DNA of 64,000 nucleotides from Nitrospirota bacterium (GTDB lineage Bacteria > Nitrospirota > Nitrospiria > Nitrospirales > Nitrospiraceae), in contig CAVPGK010000012.1 in the NCBI GenBank assembly GCA_963703955.1, positions 1 to 64,000 of the forward strand, given 5' to 3'. The translations under genes and the position numbers were made by a program. Shown here piece after piece: positions 1 to 9,877 of the stretch. The notes below the pieces were generated by a model, which was not told the DNA's origin, searched no databases, and saw nothing but the letters and a program-made list of their open reading frames with translations. Position 1 is the stretch's first letter, and each line of letters starts with the position of its first letter.

Positions 1-1230
1 GTCACCGCTTCCGCGAGCAATGCGCTTCTTTCGGTTGCCGTTGATAATCGTATGATCCCGACGCTCGCGAGAGGTCATCGAGTCAATAATCGCAACGACT
101 CGCTTGATCTCCTGCTCGGGCACTCCGCCGCCGGCCATTTCTTTGAGCCGTTGCCCGCCCGGCAGCATACCCAGGAGTTGGTCCATCGACCCCAAGCGAT
201 TAACCTGACCGATCTGCTCTCGAAAATCCTCTAAGGTGAGGGTATTGGACGTCAGCTTCTTTTGAACCGATTCGGCCTGTTCCCGCGAGATAGTTTGCTG
301 CGCTTTTTCGATGAGTGAGAGCACATCCCCCATCCCAAGGATGCGTGACGCTATCCGATCCGGATGAAACGCCTCGAGCGCATCGAGCTTTTCACCCACA
401 CCGATGAATTTGACCGGTTTGCCGGTGGCGGCTCGAATTGACAGGACCGCACCTCCACGGGCATCACCCTCCACCTTGGTCAAGATTATCCCGGTCAGGC
501 CCACACGCTCATTGAACCGTTCCGCCATGGCGACGGCATCCTGGCCGGTCATCGCGTCCGCCACAAGCAACACTTCGTGGGGTTGGACGGTTTTCTTCAC
601 CTCTGTCAACTCATCCATCAACTCATCATTAATATGTAACCGGCCGCCCGTATCCAGGATTACCACGTCAAAGCCCTGGTCCCGGCCACGCCCCACCCCA
701 TCGGCACAGGTCCGCACGACATCGGCCATCGAGACGCCCGGCCGGTCTGCGCGATGCACCGGGACATCCAAATCGGCGCCAAGGCTGCAGAGCTGCTCAG
801 CGGCCGCTGGTCTCCGTGGGTCCGCAGCAACGAGAAGGATCCGTTTCCCCTGGGTCTTGAACAAGCGAGCCAGCTTGCCGCTCGTCGTCGTCTTCCCAGC
901 GCCCTGCAACCCGATCATCATGATGACGGTCGGTGGGACGGAGGCCAGGCTCAGGCTCGTTTGGCCGCGGCCCATGAGTTCGCACAATTCTTCCCAGACC
1001 AGTTTGACGACCTGATGGCCGGGGGTCAGGCTTTGCAACACTTCCCGGCCGACCGCTCGCTCACGCACGCGATCGAGAAAGCCTTTGACGATCTTGAAAT
1101 TGACATCCGCTTCAAGGAGTGCGAGACGCACTTCTTTAAGGGCCTCAGCAATATTTTGCTCGGTCAAGACCCCTTGGCCGCGGAGCTTTTTGAGGATCTG
1201 TTCAAATTTCTGGCTGAGGGAATCCAGCAC
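1..1230 (-). CDS. ffh: Signal recognition particle protein Ffh (3' end outside window)
   Basis: The minus strand from GTG at 1230 reads MLDSLSQKFE... and contains SRP GTPase motifs GLQGAGKTT, DTGGR, TKVEGDARGG and FHPDRIASRILGMGD. The frame is open to the window edge and absent from the ORF track because its stop is outside the window. Confidence 0.95.
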   Translation of the reverse strand, partial: MLDSLSQKFEQILKKLRGQGVLTEQNIAEALKEVRLALLEADVNFKIVKGFLDRVRERAVGREVLQSLTPGHQVVKLVWEELCELMGRGQTSLSLASVPPTVIMMIGLQGAGKTTTSGKLARLFKTQGKRILLVAADPRRPAAAEQLCSLGADLDVPVHRADRPGVSMADVVRTCADGVGRGRDQGFDVVILDTGGRLHINDELMDELTEVKKTVQPHEVLLVADAMTGQDAVAMAERFNERVGLTGIILTKVEGDARGGAVLSIRAATGKPVKFIGVGEKLDALEAFHPDRIASRILGMGDVLSLIEKAQQTISREQAESVQKKLTSNTLTLEDFREQIGQVNRLGSMDQLLGMLPGGQRLKEMAGGGVPEQEIKRVVAIIDSMTSRERRDHTIINGNRKKRIARGSGD

Positions 1231-1278
1231 GAGGAAATCTCCGAATACCCAGAAAAACCTTAAAAAAGAGCATCGTGT

Positions 1279-1307
1279 AGTCTAAACAGCGGAGGGGGCG
1301 AAGTCAA
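1279..1307 (-). promoter_or_regulatory. Putative sigma70 promoter of ffh
   Basis: TTGACT-N17-TAGACT on the minus strand, ~50 bp upstream of the start. Confidence 0.6.
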
Positions 1308-1449
1308 GCAAACGCCGCTCCTGCCGCATCATTTTCTCGTCCGCTGATGTCACACGCCCATGTTTTCCGATCGGCAACTCCATAGTCCCGATATCGACAA
1401 CACGGGACAAGAAAGTCGACCGTGTGTGAGCAACGTTTCGCGTCCTTCC

Positions 1450-1478
1450 TTGACTTCCTGTGTCGCTTTCGCTATGGT
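1450..1478 (+). promoter_or_regulatory. Putative sigma70 promoter for the 1591 gene
   Basis: TTGACT-N17-TATGGT. Confidence 0.5.
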
Positions 1479-1590
1479 GCGCCGCAATTTGCTCGTGGGA
1501 AGGAGCGCGTCCCCCCGGCAAGAGAACTGGTTTTGGCCAGTTCGGGGGCGGGTGAGATGGAACCAGCGCCTTGCACATAGAGAAAAGGCT

Positions 1591-1851
1591 ATGCGGAAAT
1601 CGCCGTGGCTTCTGTTTGTCTTCGTCCTTCTTGGTGGACTACTGGGCGGAATTCTCGGTGAGGTTTTACAGGTCATGGCGCCCAAAGGCACCATTCAGAA
1701 CATCTTCTCGACTACGCTCACACCGGGTATCAATCCACCCTTCACTGTCGATCTTGTCCTACTGAAAGTGACGTTCGGTTTCGTGCTGAAAATGAATTTG
1801 TTAACGTTTTTGGGAATGTTTCTCGGAATCTACTTGTACAAGCAGGCATAG
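1591..1851 (+). CDS. Small membrane protein, DUF4321-like
   Basis: MRKSPWLLFVFVLLGGLLGGILGEVL...; two hydrophobic segments; AAGG before ATG 1591. Confidence 0.75.
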   Translation: MRKSPWLLFVFVLLGGLLGGILGEVLQVMAPKGTIQNIFSTTLTPGINPPFTVDLVLLKVTFGFVLKMNLLTFLGMFLGIYLYKQA

Positions 1852-1882
1852 GACGATCAAATAACGGAACGATCACATCGCT

Positions 1883-3881
1883 TCAGGTGCTCACCTCTAG
1901 TTCTTTCAGCTTCAAGGCCCGAATCCGATCACGAAGTTGGGCGGCCCGCTCGAACTCGAGCAGTTTCGCCGCCGCTTTCATCTCCTCCTCTAGCTTTTTG
2001 ATCGTCATTTCCACATCTGTCGATCTCCCATACCCTTCCTCGGCTTCCGCGGCCACGCCGATCGTCACATAATCCGCCTCTGCGACCTGGTACTCCAGCG
2101 TGCCGATGCTCTTCTTCACACTCTCCGGGGTGATGCCGTGTGTTGCATTGTAGTCTGCTTGTAAAGCACGACGGCGAGCTGTCTCTTCGATGGCAAGGCG
2201 CATCGAGTTGGTCATCGCGTCGCCGTATAGAATGACCCTGCCCTCCACGTGGCGCGCGGCGCGGCCGGCGGTCTGAATCAGCGAACGGTGCGATCGCAGA
2301 TAGCCTTCCTTATCCGCATCGAGAATCGCCACCAGGGTGACCTCCGGAATATCCAACCCTTCCCGCAAGAGATTGATCCCTACCAGCACGTCAAAGACGC
2401 CGCGACGCAGATCCCGAACGATTTCGGCGCGCTCCAGCGTCTTGATATCGGAATGCAGATACCGAACCTTGACTCCGAGATCGTGGTAGTACTCCGTCAA
2501 ATCCTCCGCCATCCGCTTGGTCAGGGTGGTCACCAGGACACGACCACCCCGCTCCACCACCGAGTGCACTTCGCCCAAGAGGTGATCCACCTGGCCTCGC
2601 GCCGGGCGCACCTCGATCAGCGGATCCATCAACCCCGTCGGTCGAATGATCTGCTCGACCACATGCGAACCCGCATGCTTCAACTCGTAGGGCCCCGGCG
2701 TGGCCGACACGTAAATGATTTGATTCATGAAACGCTCAAACTCGACGAAGGTCAGGGGCCGGTTATCGAACGCGGATGGCAACCGGAACCCGTACTCCAC
2801 CAGGCTCTTCTTGCGTGACCGATCTCCCTCATACATCCCCTGCACCTGGGGAATCGTCGCGTGGGATTCGTCCGCAATGAGTAAATAGTCCTTGGGAAAA
2901 TAATCCATCAGTGTCGGGGGCGGCTCACCAGCCTGACGCCCGCTGAGATGGCGCGGAATAATTTTCAATCCCATGGCAGTATCCCATGGCGCGGATCATC
3001 TCCAAATCAAACTTGGTGCGCTGCTCGATCCGCTGCGCCTCCAGCAATTGATTGTGTAGCTTGAAGCACGCAATCCTTTCTTCCAACTCCTCTTCGATGC
3101 CGTTCAACGCGCGCTCGTAGCGATCCGGCGCGATGAGATAGTGGGAGTTGGGATAGATCGGCACCTTGGGGAGTCGGTTCAACGACTTGCCTGTCAGCGG
3201 ATCGATCTCGTGAATGGCATCCACCGTATCACCGAATAGCTCGATCCGTACCGAGATGGCGTCATTGGCGGCCGGAAAGATTTCGATCACATCGCCGCGC
3301 GCCCGAAATGTCCCGCGGTGAAAGTCGGTATCGTTGCGCGCGTACTGAATCTCAACCAGTTTGGAGAGGATCTGCTCGCGCCGGACCTCCATGCCCTCTT
3401 CCAGATACAGCAACATGCCGTGGTACACCTCCGGCGAGCCGAGACCGTAGATGCAAGACACCGAAGCGACGATGATGATGTCGTTGCGCTCGAATAGCGC
3501 GCGCGTGGCCGAGTGCCGCATCTGATCAATGGCGTCGTTGATCAGAGCGTCTTTCGCGATATACGTATCGCTTGAGGGGATGTAGGCCTCCGGCTGATAG
3601 TAATCGTAATAGCTGACGAAGTACTCGACCGCGTTGTGGGGGAAGAAGCTCTTAAACTCGTGGTAGAGCTGCCCGGCGAGCGTCTTGTTGTGGACCAGGA
3701 CCAGCGTCGGCTTTTGCACCCGCTCGATCAGGTTGGCCATCGTAAAGGTCTTGCCGGAGCCTGTCACACCCAACAGGACCTGGTGCTTCACACCGGCTGT
3801 GACTCCGGCAACCAATTTCTCAATCGCCTGCTCCTGATCGCCTTTCGGCGCAAACGGCGCTTCGAGTCTAAATGCGGGCAC
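1883..3881 (-). CDS. uvrB: Excinuclease ABC subunit B, split by a +1 frameshift near 2955
   Basis: [32 protein letters not shown] and QTAGRAAR motifs. Two ORFs (2925..3881, 1883..2974) join at the conserved ENYSRHL. Confidence 0.95.
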
Positions 3882-3981
3882 GGTTCCCTCCGGCGGTCAT
3901 CTTACCAAGCACGATCGGTTCTTACCACAGCTCCCAGCGAAAATGTTCTCCGTAGCTATTTTCATCGCCCTGGTAGCATTA

Positions 3982-4010
3982 TTGACAGGTCTTAAGGGGA
4001 AGGATATAAG
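3982..4010 (+). promoter_or_regulatory. Putative sigma70 promoter upstream of the hsdM remnant
   Basis: TTGACA-N17-TATAAG. Confidence 0.5.
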
Positions 4011-4133
4011 CGGCCAGCTTGGACTTTACTGTGTCCGACTCATGAGAGCCAACGGCATTCTCCCGGCAGCATGAGTCGTCTATGGTCGAATGGCTACGAA
4101 CACCTCCATGGAGACAAGAAACGAGATTCCACA

Positions 4134-4408
4134 ATGAACGGAACCGACAAATCGCTGGAATCCTGGATCTGGGATGCGGCCTGCTCCATCCGCGGTGCCA
4201 AGGACGCGCCGAAGTATAAGGACTACATCCTGCCGCTCGATTTTTACGAAGCGGCTCTGTGATGTCTTCGACGATGAGCTGAACCGCATCGCCAAGGAAG
4301 TCGGCTCGCGCGCTAAGGCGTTCAAGCTGGTCAAGCACGACAAGAAGCTCGTCCGCTTCTATCTTCCCCTCGAACCCGCCAATCCCGACGAGCCGGTCTG
4401 GTCGGTCA
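4134..4408 (+). pseudogene. hsdM: N-terminal fragment of type I restriction-modification methyltransferase HsdM
   Basis: [30 protein letters not shown](I)[12 protein letters not shown] is typical of the HsdM N-terminal domain. Frameshift near 4238; truncated after ~90 aa. Confidence 0.8.
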
Positions 4409-4715
4409 GCACCTCCTCGGACACGATTAGTCCCAGCTTAATGCCCACCCCGGCAAACCCAATGCCCTGCCCACGAGTCTTGGTGCTGGCGGCGAGATCG
4501 TGATAACGCGCCAGGTCTCGACGCTGCATGCCGGAGCCATTATCTACGACCGTCAGCGTGGCTTGTTCAGGATCGGCCGTGAATATGATCCTGCTTGCGC
4601 CGGAGTCCAGGGAGTTGGCAACGATCTCGGTGAGAATCGTCTCTTCCAGCGAACCGGGATAGGCATCGCGTAAGTCTTCCAGCAGATGCAGCAGGTCAAC
4701 GCGCGTTTCGCCCAC
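4402..4715 (-). pseudogene. N-terminal fragment of a GHKL (Hsp90/MutL/MORC-type) ATPase
   Basis: Bergerat-fold motifs EIVANSLD, VVDNGSGM and GIGFAGVGIK. After ~104 aa the frame runs into antisense hsdM sequence. Confidence 0.75.
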
Positions 4716-4840
4716 AGATCACCGGGTGTCTTTCTTCATGCTGGAAATGGCCCGCTTCGAGATGAAGAGCAAGTAGTCGGATGACTCAGGTGGTTCAACT
4801 CTTGTCTCCCCGCCCCCCCACCACTCTCAGGATCCTCTAG

Positions 4841-5575
4841 CTAGTGCGTCCAGATTTTTTCCGGGGTGACCTCGAAGGGGTAGACGTGCACCATCCAGCC
4901 AAAGATTTGCGGGTAGAACCGGCCGCCGGCAGCCTGGCAGTCTTCTCTCCTTACGATCGACCCCTTGAAGCCGAACCTCGTGGGATCGGCCTTCCCGGCT
5001 TCGCCTCGCGGTGGCAGACAGATATTCACGTGCGCATGCCACTGCGCAACACTCAAGGGAATCCGATCATTCAACTGGTCTTCGGTCATGCGCTTCGGCG
5101 CCGTGTACATGGCGCCGATCAATTCGTATCCGTGCGGGCTCTTCTTGTAGAGTAGGGAGGTGGGCTCGTTGGGATTGAATCGCAAAGCACCCTTGAAACC
5201 ATACCATTTGTTGGTGAAGTGATAGCGCGGCTGAGGAACGTCTGGGAGAAACGGGTGATACCCGTCCTTGACTGCAACGCGGTAGTCCTTGTACCGGGCC
5301 AACGTATCCCTGAGCGTCCCGACGATCTGGTCTGCACGACGCCGGTCTGCCGGATTGGGTGGTCGGGTCGCCGTCCACTTGAAGTGCGGGCCCAGGTGCA
5401 GGTGGTCGGATGACATGGACTCAACAGACTCTGCGTGGTGCACGTGCGCATGTTCCTCTTCGGGCTCAAGGTGCTCCTCAGTCACCGCGGAGGGCGGGTC
5501 ATGCTTTGCCGCACAGGAAGCATGCAGCGTCGCGGCTATGACCAGCAAGACTACAGATGGCGGTGTCACTCTCAC
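4841..5575 (-). CDS. Hypothetical exported/lipoprotein with His/Glu-rich N-terminus
   Basis: 244-aa ORF; hydrophobic leader ending LHASC; EEHLEPEEEHAHVHH; WHAH and WMVHV motifs. Confidence 0.7.
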   Translation of the reverse strand: MRVTPPSVVLLVIAATLHASCAAKHDPPSAVTEEHLEPEEEHAHVHHAESVESMSSDHLHLGPHFKWTATRPPNPADRRRADQIVGTLRDTLARYKDYRVAVKDGYHPFLPDVPQPRYHFTNKWYGFKGALRFNPNEPTSLLYKKSPHGYELIGAMYTAPKRMTEDQLNDRIPLSVAQWHAHVNICLPPRGEAGKADPTRFGFKGSIVRREDCQAAGGRFYPQIFGWMVHVYPFEVTPEKIWTH

Positions 5576-5593
5576 CGTTTGCTTGTGCAGAGA

Positions 5594-6157
5594 CTAAGAA
5601 AACTTGGCTTTTCCGTTCACAGCCCAATCCTTCAGGTAGCCGGTCACCGCCAACACGAACAAGCCCGCAGGGATCCAGATCCAGACGATCTCGCTCACCA
5701 AGACACGGGCTCCATACAGCGTGAAAAACTCCGTCAGCCCGATGGGGGAGACCGTTATTGGTCTCCACACAAAGAAGTAACGCGTATTATCGACCGGCGC
5801 AAAGAACGCCACGCCTAGGCCGCCATCGGTCATCGCGTCCAGGGCGCCGTGAGACGCCGTGACGAGGAAGAAGTGCATCACGAGCAGCCACCACCCGCGT
5901 GACCCGCGCGTCACACTACCGAACCACACCTGCACAACCACGAGGCTCAGCACCAAGGCAAAACTCAATGAATGAGACAGTCCCCGGTGTCCGAGCACGT
6001 GGCCATACTCGATCCCAGCCCAAAATCCGATCACGTCCGCGTCCGGCAGAATCGAACACGCGATCGACAGGAGCCAGAAGCGAGCCGGAAAGGATTGCTC
6101 CGTCGAGACTCTGCACACGGCCATTGCCACCACCGCATGTGAAAAGGCTGAGGCCAT
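5594..6157 (-). CDS. Membrane-bound metal-dependent hydrolase (YdjM-like)
   Basis: SH...LPDAD...HRGLSHS...SHGALDAMT.GG motifs. Confidence 0.85.
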   Translation of the reverse strand: MASAFSHAVVAMAVCRVSTEQSFPARFWLLSIACSILPDADVIGFWAGIEYGHVLGHRGLSHSLSFALVLSLVVVQVWFGSVTRGSRGWWLLVMHFFLVTASHGALDAMTDGGLGVAFFAPVDNTRYFFVWRPITVSPIGLTEFFTLYGARVLVSEIVWIWIPAGLFVLAVTGYLKDWAVNGKAKFS

Positions 6158-6171
6158 CGCCCCTGTCCTGA

Positions 6172-7089
6172 TCAGTAAGCGGCCGGCGGTGAGAGAGGCT
6201 TCTGTGAATAGAGCGGCGCGGCGTTCAAATTATCGAATGCCATGACGGCCTCTCCCCTTGTCGCGAGACCGATCTGGCCGACCCCGAGGCTCTTATCTTC
6301 GAGCGACAATGTCTGGACGCCGTCGAAGAACACCTCGATGTATTCCTTACTGATGATCGTATTCCGACGAACCCGCAGGAGATGCCACGGGGTCTTCCAG
6401 GGCTGCACCGGAGTGCGTCCTAGGACGGATATCTTTCCATCGAGCATGCGGATCACCTCGACGGTGTTCGCCTCCAGATTCGCGAACGCCACGTAGAAAT
6501 TCTTCTGATCTTTCACCGCAAACACCATCCCGCCGCCGCCCTGTGACCCTGCGGCGAGCCGAACCCTGACGGTTACATCAAAATACTCATAGTTCAATTC
6601 TTGGGCTAGCAGGATCTGAAAGCAATCCTCAGCCGAGCAAGCCGTTTTCTGCGTCAGGCGATGGGGTGAGGAGGGCGCGCCCTGCTCTTGTTCGATCTTC
6701 CAGCTTCCAGGCTGACCAGCGCCGACGGTGTGGGGAGAAAATCCCGCCGGCGTCTCCCCGGCCGGCTCGCCGTCGAAATTCCAGGTTTTGAACAACCTCT
6801 GCGCGGCCAGCGGGACTGTGACCTTCGGCGCAAGCTGAGGAGTTGGTGTTTCAGTGCGGCCAATCACGCTCGACGCCAACGGCCACCCAACAAAAGCCAC
6901 GAACACGACAGTGATGACGTGGACCTTGGCCCTGATGGCGACACATACTCTCGAGCTTCCGATGGCCGGCACACTCTCGGCGGCCGCCTCCCTCATGTGC
7001 CTCCTTGTTCGTGCATGCCCCCGAGGCGGCATCTCACACCACCACTTCACCATCGGCTCTCCGCCGGTGACATCAGGCGCTTGAACCAA
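6172..7089 (-). CDS. Exported beta-sandwich (concanavalin/DUF1080-like) protein; start uncertain
   Basis: Long ORF with a hydrophobic segment followed by a beta-rich domain (WNFD..., GGGMVF, GQIGL, AFDNL). Confidence 0.6.
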   Translation of the reverse strand: MVQAPDVTGGEPMVKWWCEMPPRGHARTRRHMREAAAESVPAIGSSRVCVAIRAKVHVITVVFVAFVGWPLASSVIGRTETPTPQLAPKVTVPLAAQRLFKTWNFDGEPAGETPAGFSPHTVGAGQPGSWKIEQEQGAPSSPHRLTQKTACSAEDCFQILLAQELNYEYFDVTVRVRLAAGSQGGGGMVFAVKDQKNFYVAFANLEANTVEVIRMLDGKISVLGRTPVQPWKTPWHLLRVRRNTIISKEYIEVFFDGVQTLSLEDKSLGVGQIGLATRGEAVMAFDNLNAAPLYSQKPLSPPAAY

Positions 7090-7092
7090 ACC

Positions 7093-7332
7093 CTACTTCT
7101 TCGGTGGGTTCTTGAGTTGCAGAATCTCTTCCTGACGGAGGTCTCGCTCGGCTCTAATTTGTCTTATCCGCTTCCATCGGTCCAAGGACCACCACCGCAA
7201 CCTGTCCATGAACGTCACCTTCGGCGGCGGGACGTTGCCGGTGGGAGCATGCTGGAAGTCATAGCCCCGAGCCTTCTCGCGTTCGAGGAAAAATTTCGCG
7301 TACCGCTTCAGGTACGACTGTTCGTCGCTCAT
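7093..7332 (-). CDS. Hypothetical protein (79 aa)
   Basis: ATG start, protein-like charged composition, abuts the downstream gene. Confidence 0.55.
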   Translation of the reverse strand: MSDEQSYLKRYAKFFLEREKARGYDFQHAPTGNVPPPKVTFMDRLRWWSLDRWKRIRQIRAERDLRQEEILQLKNPPKK

Positions 7333-7489
7333 GGCTTTCTGAGGGTGATTGGCCGGACTGCCCCGCGTGTCACAGCAGCATCCTACCTGGAGGCTCGGCT
7401 CGGCGCAACCTGAACGTGACGCTCTTGTCTTTCGAGTCCGCGTTTGAGCTTTCAGGCGATCGGGTTGGCAACCGTCACGGTTAGACGCA

Positions 7490-7885
7490 TCAGGCCGTCC
7501 GTCGCTGGTGGGCCCGTGTTCGCGCGTCCGTCACCAACACAAAGATAGCGTCTCGTCCATTGAACGGGATTGGATAGCAGATGATATCGGCGTCCATCAG
7601 TGTGCCATCCTTTGTGCGATGCTGATAAATGCCGGCCCGAATGGGTTCCAACTTGCAATCTTTGCCGGGAAGAGCGCACCGCTCGATGAGCCCCGGGACC
7701 TTTTCGGACGGGTGGATATCGGCAACCGTCATGGCCAGAAATTCTGCACGTGAATAGCCGTACCCCCGGACCGCGGCGTCATTGACGGTGAGCACAGCCA
7801 GCGTTTCGCGGTCGAAGGCCCACATTGGAGATGGGTTCTTCTCGAACAGTATGTGATAGGAGGCTTCAATATCCGGATCAGACAT
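7490..7885 (-). CDS. Stand-alone PAS domain protein
   Basis: YHILFEKNPSPMW...VNDAAVRGYGYSRAEFLAMTVADIHP...HRTKDG...D; GGGGAG RBS before ATG 7885. Confidence 0.8.
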   Translation of the reverse strand: MSDPDIEASYHILFEKNPSPMWAFDRETLAVLTVNDAAVRGYGYSRAEFLAMTVADIHPSEKVPGLIERCALPGKDCKLEPIRAGIYQHRTKDGTLMDADIICYPIPFNGRDAIFVLVTDARTRAHQRRTA

Positions 7886-8149
7886 CAGAATTCCACTCCC
7901 CAATCAGACCGTTTGCGCCGCATTGGAAGGGTGTGATGGTATCCATCCGGCCAGCCGAGAGTCAATCGGAGTCTCTGCCCGCCGTCGCTTGTCATGTCAG
8001 GCCGTTCGGATTGTGGGTAGAAGCGAAACCCTCCACAACCTTACCGATCGGATTGACGCATCCTTCTCAGAAGCGTATCGTTCCAGCCCAATAGACGACT
8101 GCACGTGTTCTGATCTTGCGACGTTTCCAAGGGCGAGCTGCAGGAGACG

Positions 8150-8278
8150 ATGCTCGACCTCGAGAATTTCGAAGAGGTCGTGGTCGAACGTGAACTCAAG
8201 ATAATCGCGCTCGAAAAGAAAATCCTCGCGCTCCGTCGGGAGCGCGACACCTTGAAAATGGAACGGGAGCGGGATTGA
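8150..8278 (+). CDS. Short coiled-coil peptide (42 aa), possibly a sensor-protein remnant
   Basis: GGAG RBS; MLDLENFEEVVVERELKIIALEKKILALRRERDTLKMERERD; stop overlaps the TTG of the next gene. Below the ORF-track length cutoff. Confidence 0.45.
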   Translation: MLDLENFEEVVVERELKIIALEKKILALRRERDTLKMERERD

Positions 8279-9768
8279 GCCGTTGGCTGTTGCGGGAGTT
8301 CCTTCTTCTCTGCGTCGTTCCCGTCCTTTCTGCCGCTCAGGACGGGCCCAGTCCCTCCGCCCCTGCAAGGGAGACCGGCGAGCATGAGATCATCTCCGGC
8401 GCGCGCATGATGGCCGATGTCGCACGGCTCAGCGCGCCCGACTATAACGGACGGCAGACCGGCACGCCCGATGATCTCTCATCCGGCCGGTTGATCGCCG
8501 ACCGGTTCTCTGCGCTGGGCTTGAGTGATCCGATGGCCGGATCGAGTCATCCGTGGTCGCAGCAAGACCGCGTGACCGCCACGGTCATCGGTCCGGAGCC
8601 TCATCTCGAATTCCTTATCGACTCCCGATCACTTCCCGCCCGCAGCGGCATTGATTATATGCCGATCTTGGATTCACCGTCCGTCGATGTCTCCGCCCCG
8701 GTCGTCTTCGTCGGCTATGGTATCTCGGACCCGGCCCGACGCTTCGATGAATATGAAGGCATGGATGTTCGTAACCGCATTGTGTTTTTTTTCAGAGGAA
8801 AACCGGACGGCTATACACCGGCGGTCACCCAGGCCGACAAGGAGCGCGTAGCCCGCGAAAAAGGCGCCGTCGCCTTCTTGACCGTGACGGGCCCTATCCT
8901 CAGCCGGTACGAAGCGCGAAAGGGTCTGGGCGGAAAGCCGCTGGCGCTCTATAGTCAATCCGACGGGGAACGACCGTTGCCCGGAGCGTGGATCAGCGCG
9001 GAGTTCGCCCATGCCGTCTTTCCATCGCATCTGATGAGGAACGGGCGATCGTTGGACGAGATCCAGGACCAACTCAATCATCTCGCTCCTCAATCCATGC
9101 CCACGACCGTGTCGGTCCATCTGGAGTGGAACAGCATGCAGACGCCGGGCATGTTGCACAATGTCCTCGGGCTTCTTCCCGGACGCGATCCTGCGCGCGC
9201 CGACGACACCATCATCATCGGAGCACACCGCGACCATTTCGGACGGCAGGCCGGCTTGCTCTTTCCCGGCGCTGATGACAACGCGTCGGGGACGGCCGTT
9301 CTCTTGGAAGTAGCTCGAGCCCTGACGCTGTCCGACCGCGCGATGGCTTGTTCCGTTCTCTTTGTGTCCTTTAGCGGCGAGGAGGAGGGTCTGCTCGGGT
9401 CCAAGCTCTACGTGAGCCAACCCGCCCGTCCGTTGAAGAAGACGGTCGCGATGATCAATGTGGATCACGCAGGAACTGGAAACGGCCGCTTGACGGTGGG
9501 ACTGAGCAGAGTTTTCAAGACCGTCGCTGCCGAGGCCGGCCAGCGCGCAGGGTTAGGCGACAAGCTTGATCTCTTTGGCTTCTTCCCTGGTGGCGATCAT
9601 GTTCCCTTTCACGAAGCCAGCGTCTCAACTTTGACTGTCGTCAGCGGCGGCATTCATCCCAACTTTCACCAACCCTCGGACACGGCGGAAACGGTCCAGC
9701 CCGAGATCCTGGAAGCGGTCGCCCGATACGTTCTGGAACTGACTCGACAGATTGCAGCCGCGCCCTGA
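8275..9768 (+). CDS. M28 family peptidase with PA domain
   Basis: Signal peptide; VVFVGYGI (PA domain); GAHRDH, GADDNASG, GEEEG, INVD and DHVPF...FHQPSD motifs. Confidence 0.9.
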   Translation: MSRWLLREFLLLCVVPVLSAAQDGPSPSAPARETGEHEIISGARMMADVARLSAPDYNGRQTGTPDDLSSGRLIADRFSALGLSDPMAGSSHPWSQQDRVTATVIGPEPHLEFLIDSRSLPARSGIDYMPILDSPSVDVSAPVVFVGYGISDPARRFDEYEGMDVRNRIVFFFRGKPDGYTPAVTQADKERVAREKGAVAFLTVTGPILSRYEARKGLGGKPLALYSQSDGERPLPGAWISAEFAHAVFPSHLMRNGRSLDEIQDQLNHLAPQSMPTTVSVHLEWNSMQTPGMLHNVLGLLPGRDPARADDTIIIGAHRDHFGRQAGLLFPGADDNASGTAVLLEVARALTLSDRAMACSVLFVSFSGEEEGLLGSKLYVSQPARPLKKTVAMINVDHAGTGNGRLTVGLSRVFKTVAAEAGQRAGLGDKLDLFGFFPGGDHVPFHEASVSTLTVVSGGIHPNFHQPSDTAETVQPEILEAVARYVLELTRQIAAAP

Positions 9769-9877
9769 CAAGCTCCAGGGACTCAGGCTTGAGCTGGGTC
9801 TATTCTCCCCTGATCGAAGTCGTGTATGAGCACGACGACGAATTGCGGAAACACGCGTCGTCTGGTCCAGGGAAACC

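Noticed and set aside
52..1285. Plus-strand ORFs up to 203 aa
   Set aside because: Antisense shadows of ffh
1883..3881. uvrB as a true pseudogene or programmed frameshift
   Set aside because: Single insertion, no slippery motif, otherwise fully conserved; fits the window-wide error pattern
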